Both the position numbers and the translations under genes were made by a program. Positions 34,430-41,165 of a stretch of 43,173 nucleotides of DNA are shown here, piece by piece; within the stretch, counting starts at the first letter, position 1; the number at the start of each line of letters is the position of its first letter. The notes beneath the pieces were generated by a model, which ran no database searches, was not told where the DNA came from, and saw only the letters and a list, made by a program, of their open reading frames with translations. Origin of the DNA: a virus. The stretch covers positions 1-43,173 of IMG/VR virus record IMGVR_UViG_3300045988_018940; one strand, written 5' to 3'.

Positions 34430-34831
34430 ATGCTGGATAAACTGAATCACCTGAAGGATGAGATGTGCGACGAGCTCATGGAGCTGACCGACAAAAAGAA
34501 CCGATCCCCGGGCGATGTTGAGATGATCGGCGAAATCGTGGACATCATTCTGGACATTCACCGCATTGAGGATTACTGCGAGGGCGGCGAGTACAGCCGT
34601 GCGGGCGAGTGGGAAGCTGACATGCGCGGATCCTTCAACCGCGACGCCGGAAACGGTTACAACCGGGGCAGCAGCTACGCCAACCGTGGCCGTCACTATG
34701 TGCGCGGGCACTACTCCCGCACGGATGGCCGTGAGCGCATGATCTCCGACATCGAGGACATGATAAAGGACGCCACCGGCGCAGAGCGAGACGCTTATAA
34801 ACGCGCGGCGGACATTCTGCGCAATGCATAA
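34430..34831 (+). CDS. hypothetical acidic/helical protein with a G/N/R/Y-rich linker
   Basis: ...GNGYNRGSSYANRGRHYVRGHYSR... RBS AAAGGAG. Confidence 0.6.
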   Translation: MLDKLNHLKDEMCDELMELTDKKNRSPGDVEMIGEIVDIILDIHRIEDYCEGGEYSRAGEWEADMRGSFNRDAGNGYNRGSSYANRGRHYVRGHYSRTDGRERMISDIEDMIKDATGAERDAYKRAADILRNA

Positions 34832-34849
34832 GTGAGGAGGGTGGCAGGT

Positions 34850-35182
34850 ATGGACATCGACGAGATCAATGACCACATCCACAAACTGAAATGCGGATCC
34901 ACTGACTGGCAGAGCGTGGAAAAGCTTGCCGCCCTCTGCACCGTGAGAAATGAGCTGGAAGAAAAGCAAGCGCCAGCAGAAATGCAGACTCAAGCGCTGC
35001 CTCCCACGTCTTACCCGGCGGCATACTCCACAAAAGAAAAGCTGCAAAGCGAGTTCGTGGAAGCGGCCAGCGCCGCGCCCTTTGGCGGCTTGATGGAAGT
35101 GCTTGATGAGCACATGAGCGCCATAAAGCTTGCATACCCGAAAGAGTATGAGTTGGTCATGCGGAAGATAACCGCATTGTAA
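34850..35182 (+). CDS. hypothetical helical protein
   Basis: ATG at 34850 follows GAGGAGGG (MDIDEINDHIHKLKCGSTDWQS...). Confidence 0.55.
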   Translation: MDIDEINDHIHKLKCGSTDWQSVEKLAALCTVRNELEEKQAPAEMQTQALPPTSYPAAYSTKEKLQSEFVEAASAAPFGGLMEVLDEHMSAIKLAYPKEYELVMRKITAL

Positions 35183-35262
35183 AACGACACAAAATGTGTT
35201 ATTTTTACATGCAGCCAAAACTTGAAAAGCTAAATTTTTAAGTTTAATAAGCTAACGTAAGA

Positions 35263-35270
35263 CTAACAAA
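35263..35270 (+). repeat. CTAACAAA motif (candidate integrase arm-type site, left of core)
   Basis: The same octamer occurs twice in tandem at 35445-35464, on the other side of the tRNA-derived core. Confidence 0.4.
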
Positions 35271-35303
35271 CTTTGAATTTTTATCGATAAATGGTAAAAT
35301 AAA

Positions 35304-35353
35304 ACTGATTTGTAATCAGTGGGTTGCAGGTTCAACTCCTGTCACCAGCTCCA
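35304..35353 (+). other. attP core: 3' portion of a tRNA-Thr(UGU) gene (anticodon arm to CCA)
   Basis: ACTGA TTTGTAA TCAGT GGGTT GCAGG TTCAACT CCTGT CACCAGC T CCA. No matching 5' acceptor or D-arm lies upstream. About 110 nt from the integrase gene. Confidence 0.8.
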
Positions 35354-35440
35354 AAAACAAACGCACGAACGATGAAAACAAATCGTCCGTGCGTTTTTCT
35401 TTTTGCTTGAAATACCTTAAAATCTCCTGAATGAACGTGA

Positions 35441-35464
35441 CAATCTAACAAACAATCTAACAAA
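35441..35464 (+). repeat. tandem 12-mer CAATCTAACAAA x2 (candidate arm-type integrase sites)
   Basis: Perfect tandem duplication abutting the integrase stop codon. Confidence 0.6.
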
Positions 35465-36598
35465 TCAATACTTCATCTTTTGCATTTCCCGCAACAGATA
35501 GCCCGGGTCATTGTGGGAGACGTACTTGTTGGCCGTGGTGGAGAAATTTTTGTGACCCAAGATGGTCTGCACGGCGGTCTTTTCCAGCCCGCACTCCACC
35601 ATCTTGCTGCTGGCCGTGTGGCGCAGCGTATGCGGATGCACCCCCTCTATGTGGCATTCCTGCATCAAGGCCCGAAACTTTGTAGCCACGTTGCGCTTGT
35701 CCAGCTTTGTACCGGCTTTGGACGGTATCAGCCACTCACAGCCGCTGTCAAGCATCCAAAAGGCAATGATTTTGTAAATGGGGTCCAAAATAGGGATAAT
35801 GCGGTTTTTGCCCGCCTCGGTCTTCTCGCCGCCCTGCATATACCGCTCTTTTAGATGCACATCGTCGCAGCGCATGGAGAGCAGCTCATCGATACGCATA
35901 CCGGTGTAGAGCAGCACCATTGCGATTTGGGCTGTCTGCCCAAGCTTCGGGTCGTCTTGTCGGTTGCTTATCTGCTCTATCTCTTGAGCGGTCAAGGTGC
36001 GCTCTGCCTTGCCTGTAGCCGCTGGGAGCTGCAAGAGCATGGCATAGTTTTTGTTTATGATGTCCTGAGCCATTGCCCACTCGCAGATCTGGCTGAAAAG
36101 TGTGCGCTGCTTTTCGCAGGAGCTGCGGGAGAGGCCCTTTTCCACCATCTGGTCAATCACCTGTTGATAGTCTGCGGCTTTTAAGTCCCGGAGCTGTCGG
36201 TCATACAGCGGCGCAGCCTTTGCATAGGCCAGCTCATACCCCTTTTTCATGTCAGTGCTGAGCTTGTCAAACTTGGGCTGCGCTTTCCATTGGGCGTAGG
36301 CATCCGCAAAAGTGCATTTCAGACGCGCTGCGGGGGTGTTCTGGGCGTTGTAAGCGTCCAGTGCTTGTACTGCTTCGCCCGGCGTCGCAAACGTCCCCAG
36401 AACGTCTCGCTTGGCTGTCAGGGCCACATACGGCTTTGACCTCGTCCCGCTCAACTTATATACACTGCCGCTGCCCTTTGGGCGGCGGCGCTTTTTTCTT
36501 TGCTGCGGGGCGGCTTCGGGCTGCTTCTTGCCGCAGTAGGGGCAAAAAGATGCGTCGTCCGGTATTTCCCGACGGCAGCAGGCGCGAATGCACTTCAA
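35465..36598 (-). CDS. int: tyrosine site-specific integrase with an N-terminal zinc ribbon
   Basis: ...HTLRHTASSKMVECGLEKTAVQTILGHKNFSTTANKYVH (RHR-Y catalytic region). N-terminal CCRREIPDDASFCPYCG. Confidence 0.95.
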   Translation of the reverse strand: MKCIRACCRREIPDDASFCPYCGKKQPEAAPQQRKKRRRPKGSGSVYKLSGTRSKPYVALTAKRDVLGTFATPGEAVQALDAYNAQNTPAARLKCTFADAYAQWKAQPKFDKLSTDMKKGYELAYAKAAPLYDRQLRDLKAADYQQVIDQMVEKGLSRSSCEKQRTLFSQICEWAMAQDIINKNYAMLLQLPAATGKAERTLTAQEIEQISNRQDDPKLGQTAQIAMVLLYTGMRIDELLSMRCDDVHLKERYMQGGEKTEAGKNRIIPILDPIYKIIAFWMLDSGCEWLIPSKAGTKLDKRNVATKFRALMQECHIEGVHPHTLRHTASSKMVECGLEKTAVQTILGHKNFSTTANKYVSHNDPGYLLREMQKMKY

Positions 36599-37191
36599 AG
36601 CTCTTCACCTCGCTTTGCGGTATAGTCGGCCTCGCCGCTCTTCGCGGCCTCTTTGCCTGCCTGATACGCCGACCTCAGCAGATTCACTGGCGGCTGGACT
36701 TCCCACGGAATCGGATCCGTCCCTGTAGCCACGGCGAACCCGTAGTTGTCCAGTATCTGGCCGCAGACGGATACCTTGTTCTGCAAGGGAGTGTGCAGGT
36801 TTGCGCACACCTCAGCAAACACCGCCGGTGGATAGCTGCCATGTCGCCCCAAAAGGATAAACAGCACCATCTCTTTTACAATTCGCGGCGCCGTGCGAAA
36901 GTATTCCGTAAGTGCTTCATCCAGATCTTCGTCTGATTTGCGCTGTATAGGCTCTTTGTAAAGCTCCGGGTGCAGCATTTCCTGCATGGCGGGGAGCGGA
37001 GAAGCCCCGCAAGCCTCGAACCAGTCCATTATCTTGTCAGCCGGTGGGCTGGACGCCCCACACTCCCAGCTCTGGACCGTAGCCTTTCCCTTGTTGATAC
37101 GGCGGGCCATGTCGACTTGGCTCAAGCCTGCCGCGACTCTGGCCCGCGCTAGTGCGACACCAAGCTTTTCTGCGGTAAAGTAGCTCATCAA
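36595..37191 (-). CDS. XRE-family HTH regulator with a C-terminal domain (CI-like repressor candidate)
   Basis: ...LGVALARARVAAGLSQVDMARRINKGKATVQSWECG is an HTH_XRE. 198 aa, overlapping the integrase start. Confidence 0.8.
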   Translation of the reverse strand: MMSYFTAEKLGVALARARVAAGLSQVDMARRINKGKATVQSWECGASSPPADKIMDWFEACGASPLPAMQEMLHPELYKEPIQRKSDEDLDEALTEYFRTAPRIVKEMVLFILLGRHGSYPPAVFAEVCANLHTPLQNKVSVCGQILDNYGFAVATGTDPIPWEVQPPVNLLRSAYQAGKEAAKSGEADYTAKRGEEL

Positions 37192-37272
37192 TTATAACCT
37201 CACAAATTTCCATGCCATAAAAACAAAAAGTGACATGGGGAAAACCCATGCCACTCGACAGAGCAGAAGTCC

Positions 37273-37300
37273 TTCAAGTTTTCCCATAAAATGGTAAAAT
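37273..37300 (+). promoter_or_regulatory. candidate rightward promoter
   Basis: TTCAAG, 16 nt, TAAAAT. Identical in hexamers and spacing to 7761-7788. Confidence 0.35.
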
Positions 37301-37345
37301 CTAAAACAAGTTGGACAAATTGAACAAAAACAGAGGTGAAATAAA

Positions 37346-37456
37346 ATGGATTTCGAGCAAAGAAACGGTAAAGAAAACGAAACGACCATCATTGACGGGA
37401 TGCCTGCCACCATTTTGACCGGCACGACCCGAACACCTGAACCTTGGGAGGACTAA
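37346..37456 (+). CDS. tiny ORF (36 aa)
   Basis: MDFEQRNGKENETTIIDGMPATILTGTTRTPEPWED, preceded by AGAGGTGA. Confidence 0.3.
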   Translation: MDFEQRNGKENETTIIDGMPATILTGTTRTPEPWED

Positions 37457-37458
37457 AG

Positions 37459-37668
37459 ATGGACAAGATGCAGCTGTTTTGCACCCAGATCCGCGCCGCG
37501 CTGGCCTGCTACGAGGATATGCCGCCCGAGGGGCAGGCCCGGGCTCGACTTTTTGTGATCCGCAAGGCCGGGAACATCCGGCAGCTCAAGGCCGCAGCAG
37601 ACGCACCCGGCGGGGAGCTTGCCACTGAACTATTGCAAAAATTGCAACAACCTTGCAACTACGGATAA
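37459..37668 (+). CDS. hypothetical small protein
   Basis: ATG at 37459 follows GGGAGGA (MDKMQLFCTQIRAALACYEDMPPEGQ...). Confidence 0.5.
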   Translation: MDKMQLFCTQIRAALACYEDMPPEGQARARLFVIRKAGNIRQLKAAADAPGGELATELLQKLQQPCNYG

Positions 37669-37671
37669 TAA

Positions 37672-37781
37672 CGCGCATATTTTGCGCGGATTCAGCGCGA
37701 AACGCGCGTATTTAGTAAAAAGTCAGCGTAAATTTCAGCGATTCAGCGCAAATGCTAAATTTTTCGCGCATTTTTGCGCGA
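37672..37781. repeat. two CGCGCA-N4/5-TGCGCG palindromes bracketing four (T/G)TCAGCG direct repeats
   Basis: Palindromes at 37672-37688 and 37764-37781 (TCGCGCA-tttt-TGCGCGA). TTCAGCG at 37691, 37734 and 37742; GTCAGCG at 37722. Confidence 0.85.
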
Positions 37782-37791
37782 TTAAACGCGC

Positions 37792-37821
37792 TTGACGTGA
37801 TACAATCAACAGTTGTATAAT
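37792..37821 (+). promoter_or_regulatory. near-consensus promoter pointing into the 3' end of the minus-strand gene
   Basis: TTGACG, 18 nt, TATAAT. Confidence 0.45.
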
Positions 37822-37837
37822 GCGGTTGTAAACGCAT

Positions 37838-38569
37838 TCACGCATTTGCACGGTACATAACCTCAAGGCCCTGATCTGGATGATAAGTCCAAGAGACTGT
37901 CACGTTGTCAAAAGACTCTTTCTGTCTGCCATCCAAAGCGCGAGTCTGGCACATCTCTTGATAAAGCCAATCCGGAAGGCCAAGCGCGGTATTTGTTAAT
38001 TGTATATGCTCTAACCCGAGGTCGTTGAAGAAAATAGAGCCGCCTTTGGTATTGAGCGGGTTCGAGTCAAGTGTCAAATAAGAGCCATCATCCGAAGCCG
38101 AAGCAGTCACCTCGTCGTAAAGCTCGCCAAAAAGCTTAAAATTTGGTGCTGTGCCAACTTGATAGAGTAAAGGAGCAACATAATTCTCCAAGCGGTACAA
38201 GTTTCGGCCCTTTTCGGTGTTCTGAACTTCCCAGTATGCTTCGATGACGGGAGAACCGTCGTCTGCCATTCGCTGATAATTTCCTTTAAATACTACGTCT
38301 TTATCATCAAATGCAGCTTTGAAGTACTCATACAAATCTTCGTTGACGGCTGCATATTTGCGCTCGCCATTATCGACAACAGAAAAGCATTTATAGTTTA
38401 CTTTTCCGTTCCCGGACGTATAAGTAAAGAAATAGCCAAAGTCAGTGTGTCCAGAAAATTCTACAGTCTGTCCATTTTTATACTGTACGCCATCCGCAAA
38501 AGCAGTCATGGCAAAAGGGATAGACAAAGCCGCAGTCAAACCAAGCGCAAGAAATGTTCTTCTTTTCAT
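37838..38569 (-). CDS. secreted protein with a twin-arginine-type signal peptide
   Basis: MKRRTFLALGLTAALSIPFAMTAFA/DG has an RRxFL motif and an AxA cleavage site. The mature part has no recognised family. The gene is AT-richer than the rest of the phage. Confidence 0.75.
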   Translation of the reverse strand: MKRRTFLALGLTAALSIPFAMTAFADGVQYKNGQTVEFSGHTDFGYFFTYTSGNGKVNYKCFSVVDNGERKYAAVNEDLYEYFKAAFDDKDVVFKGNYQRMADDGSPVIEAYWEVQNTEKGRNLYRLENYVAPLLYQVGTAPNFKLFGELYDEVTASASDDGSYLTLDSNPLNTKGGSIFFNDLGLEHIQLTNTALGLPDWLYQEMCQTRALDGRQKESFDNVTVSWTYHPDQGLEVMYRANA

Positions 38570-38589
38570 GATTTATACCTCACACATAC

Positions 38590-38615
38590 AAAAAATAGGC
38601 AGCCAATCAGCTGCC
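38590..38615 (-). terminator. rho-independent terminator (minus strand)
   Basis: GGCAGC-tgattg-GCTGCC followed by TATTTTTT on the minus strand. Confidence 0.6.
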
Positions 38616-38659
38616 GAAAAGCTAAATTATCAAGGAAAATACCAAAGGAGGAAAATAAA

Positions 38660-38812
38660 GTGCAAGAAACTAGCACAATGTTTGCAAAATGTGATACAAT
38701 GGAAGAAAAAGAATCGCACGACAAGCTTGTGCATCTTGCCATCAGTGAGATTCTTTCGTTATCCGAAAACCAACTTCAAGAAGTCATTCGGAGGTATTAT
38801 GCTGAGTTGTAG
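38660..38812 (+). CDS. tiny ORF (50 aa)
   Basis: GTG at 38660 follows AAAGGAGG. Confidence 0.3.
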   Translation: MQETSTMFAKCDTMEEKESHDKLVHLAISEILSLSENQLQEVIRRYYAEL

Positions 38813-38942
38813 ACTTACGATTTGGAAAAAAGACAAGAACGGAAAATGGTATTGCCCCAAGAACCAACATCGAATCTGGCGATTTTTCCGCGAAGACCTT
38901 TTCGGGTGGATTAACTGGTTTTTACCCGAAAAGAAGAGGTAA
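38799..38942 (+). CDS. tiny basic ORF (47 aa)
   Basis: ATG at 38799 follows GGAGGT. MLSCRLTIWKKDKNGKWYCPKNQHRIW... The 3' end overlaps the convergent gene. Confidence 0.25.
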   Translation: MLSCRLTIWKKDKNGKWYCPKNQHRIWRFFREDLFGWINWFLPEKKR

Positions 38943-39245
38943 TACATAATCCGAAATCAGATTCACCAGCACCGGAATCAAAATCAAGGTGACAATACCG
39001 CCGGCCACTTTCGCCGGGAGCGAGAACTTGTTTGCTTTTCTATCTCGCAAATACTGCCTGCCGTTTTCCGTGATCCAAACCGCAGACTTGCGATAGCTCA
39101 CCGATGCGGAATCTGCAAGGCCAAGTTCTTCAAGCGTCATAGCGTTCTGGAACAGTTCTTTTGTCCGCTCAACACCATCAGGGTATTTTTCGTCAAGCTT
39201 TTTCAGCAGTTTGAGCTCTTTTCTATTAAGATGTATTATACTCAC
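38922..39245 (-). CDS. C-terminally membrane-anchored protein co-transcribed with the XRE regulator (superinfection-exclusion candidate)
   Basis: 107 aa with a C-terminal transmembrane segment (GGIVTLILIPVLVNLISDYVLPLLF). Its start overlaps the stop of 39242..39592. Confidence 0.6.
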   Translation of the reverse strand: MSIIHLNRKELKLLKKLDEKYPDGVERTKELFQNAMTLEELGLADSASVSYRKSAVWITENGRQYLRDRKANKFSLPAKVAGGIVTLILIPVLVNLISDYVLPLLFG

Positions 39246-39592
39246 TCTGGAAGCTCCTTTTTAACTGCCTGAGCAATCCGAACAATTTTCATAATGTTTT
39301 CGTCGTCCATGCCCTCCAGCGCTTCCAGCAGCGCCCGGCGGGCTGGTGACAATTTTTCAAGCTCAATGCCATCTAAGGTATTGGGCTTTTCTTTTTGCTC
39401 TTCGCCGGTCAAGTCCTCCCGTGCAACGCCAAAATAGACAGCTAACTTTTCTAACGTCACTTCTGAGGGCTTCTTTCCTTTTTTCCATCCAGTTGCTGCC
39501 GCATTGGAAAGACCTATTTTTTTCGACACGGCAGTTGGAGATTCTTGTCGAGCAGCACACAGCTTCAAATAGTTTTCGTAAAAAATGCTCAT
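39242..39592 (-). CDS. XRE-family HTH regulator (116 aa)
   Basis: In-frame ATG at 39592. MSIFYENYLKLCAARQESPTAVSKKIGLSNAAATGWKKGKKPSEVTLEKLAVYFGV. Confidence 0.8.
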   Translation of the reverse strand: MSIFYENYLKLCAARQESPTAVSKKIGLSNAAATGWKKGKKPSEVTLEKLAVYFGVAREDLTGEEQKEKPNTLDGIELEKLSPARRALLEALEGMDDENIMKIVRIAQAVKKELPE

Positions 39593-39625
39593 AACAGCAC
39601 TCCGTTTCTGTGCATATCCACGAAA

Positions 39626-39669
39626 GCTAGCAAAGTTAGTAAAAAATGTTGACAATTAACTTTGCTAGC
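39626..39669. promoter_or_regulatory. 12-bp perfect inverted repeat GCTAGCAAAGTT / AACTTTGCTAGC flanking the -35 element (operator candidate)
   Basis: Arms at 39626-39637 and 39658-39669. Extending to 15 nt gives 14 of 15 matches. Confidence 0.7.
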
Positions 39670-39677
39670 TGTATAAT
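39649..39677 (+). promoter_or_regulatory. consensus sigma-70 promoter, rightward
   Basis: TTGACA (39649-39654), 17 nt, TATAAT (39672-39677). Confidence 0.7.
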
Positions 39678-40027
39678 GCTCTTGTCAGTTGAAATAGTTA
39701 ACAAAACACAAAGCCCCGGCGGGAACCCGCCTAAGCTGTTTTTACTTGTATTCTGCAACTACATAGTAACACACTTTGTAAACTTTTTCAACTGGTATTT
39801 GACACGGCGATAAGAAAAAATCTGCCTGTGGTCGCTTCACAGACAGACTTTTCACCGATTTGTCACCAGAACGCACCTGCACCCAGGCGGTAATGCAAAC
39901 TTGCGCGTCTGCACATCTTTTTCGGGCATTTACGCCGCAAAAGTAACGCCGGGGCTGCAAAAGCGACTTACAGTTCTATTGGTACGTCGCTCACTTTAGC
40001 GGGCCGGTTCCGCTGAATTTTTCAGCC

Positions 40028-40090
40028 TTAGGCATTGCGCACTTGCTCGTGTCTGGAACAGGCTGGTTCAAAAAGTCCTTCAATTTGCAT
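40028..40090 (-). CDS. possible 20-aa leader peptide
   Basis: MQIEGLFEPACSRHEQVRNA, preceded by AAAGGAAG. Lies about 30 nt downstream of the leftward promoter and is immediately followed by the hairpin GCTGAA-aaa-TTCAGC. Confidence 0.2.
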   Translation of the reverse strand: MQIEGLFEPACSRHEQVRNA

Positions 40091-40126
40091 CGAACTTCCT
40101 TTCTTGCCAGTATCTAAGGCTTGAAC

Positions 40127-40155
40127 AGTATAGCAAATCGGTGCGCCGTTGTCAA
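40127..40155 (-). promoter_or_regulatory. near-consensus sigma-70 promoter, leftward
   Basis: The minus strand reads TTGACA (40155-40150), 17 nt, TATACT (40132-40127). Confidence 0.65.
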
Positions 40156-40191
40156 TTTTGTTTCAACTTACGTTTTAAAGGAGGTGTGAAA

Positions 40192-40395
40192 GTGCCTGAA
40201 AAATGGACAGGCCGTTTAGTAGGCCGGATGCACAACAACCAGATTACAGTAGACGACGTAGCAAAGCATCTTGGATTTTCGAGAAGCTACTGTTCACTGA
40301 TTTTGAACAGCAAGCGCAACCCTCCCGGCATTCGGGAAAAGATGGAAACTGCCGTCAGCGAGATCATCAAGGAAAAGGAGGACAAAACGGCATGA
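40192..40395 (+). CDS. Cro/excisionase-like small HTH protein
   Basis: GTG at 40192 follows AAAGGAGG. ...ITVDDVAKHLGFSRSYCSLILNSKRNP. Confidence 0.6.
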   Translation: MPEKWTGRLVGRMHNNQITVDDVAKHLGFSRSYCSLILNSKRNPPGIREKMETAVSEIIKEKEDKTA

Positions 40396-41165
40396 GCGAA
40401 TTAAGCAATCTCATCCCCATTAGCTACGACAACCCGGAGCGCCCCACGGTGAGCGGCCGGGAGCTGCACGACTTCCTTAACATCGAAACTCCGTATGTCA
40501 AGTGGTTTAACCGCATGACGGAGTATGGTTTTACTGAGGGAGAGGACTACGCAGAGGTTTTGGACAAAATTGTCCAAAACCCCAAAGAGGGCGGTAGACC
40601 TGCTACTGACCACCAGCTCACCATCCCAATGGCCAAAGAGCTGTGCATGATCCAGCGCAACGAGCGTGGCAAGCAAGCCCGGCAGTATTTCTTGGCCGTG
40701 GAGGCGCAGTGGAACAGCCCGGAAGCGGTGATGCGCCGTGCAGTGCTCATTGCTGACCGCAAGGTGAAAGAGCTTCAAAGCGTGAACCGCAGCCTGCTGG
40801 CCGAGAACAACGACCTGAAGCCGGATGCAGAGTATGCCCGGGCGGTGTGCATCGGAGACAACTGCCGCACGGCAACCAGCATCGCCAAAGATTACGGTAT
40901 GAGCAGCGAAAAGCTCAACAGCATCCTCCACGGGCTTAAAATCCAGTGGAAGAACAGCGACGGCCAGTGGGTGTTATACGCAAAGTATAGCGGCAAAGGT
41001 TACACCAAGAACCGCAAGGGCAAGCCTTTCCAGCACAACAGCGGCAGGATTCAGACACCCAACACTACCGTCTGGACGGAAGCAGGCCAGCGCTTTATCT
41101 ATGAGCAGCTCAAGGCCATTGGCCTGACGCCCAGCATCGAGCACAAAGAGGACACAAATGCCTGA
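40392..41165 (+). CDS. antirepressor (AntA-like N-domain plus KilAC-like C-domain)
   Basis: ...VSGRELHDFLNIETPYVKWFNRMTEYGFTEGEDY is AntA/AntB-like. ...DAEYARAVCIGDNCRTATSIAKDYGMSSEKLNSILHGLKIQ is KilAC-like. Confidence 0.85.
   Translation: MSELSNLIPISYDNPERPTVSGRELHDFLNIETPYVKWFNRMTEYGFTEGEDYAEVLDKIVQNPKEGGRPATDHQLTIPMAKELCMIQRNERGKQARQYFLAVEAQWNSPEAVMRRAVLIADRKVKELQSVNRSLLAENNDLKPDAEYARAVCIGDNCRTATSIAKDYGMSSEKLNSILHGLKIQWKNSDGQWVLYAKYSGKGYTKNRKGKPFQHNSGRIQTPNTTVWTEAGQRFIYEQLKAIGLTPSIEHKEDTNA

Noticed and set aside
37210-37252. The CCATGCC heptamer shared between the int-proximal switch region (37210, 37246) and the accessory promoter region (31425), considered as a common operator.
   Set aside because: A 7-mer is expected several times by chance in 43 kb, and the flanks align only loosely.
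39705-39745. Hairpin GGCGG-gaac-CCGCC, considered as a bidirectional terminator that would insulate the two facing promoters.
   Set aside because: The stem is only 5 bp, and the T-runs are 5-7 nt away from the stem on both strands, so it is a weak terminator at best. It is kept only as a possible attenuator within the finding.
39742-39960. 72-aa minus-strand ORF in the non-coding immunity leader.
   Set aside because: It has a TTG start and no RBS, and the sequence is not protein-like. The region is better explained as an untranslated leader or ncRNA.
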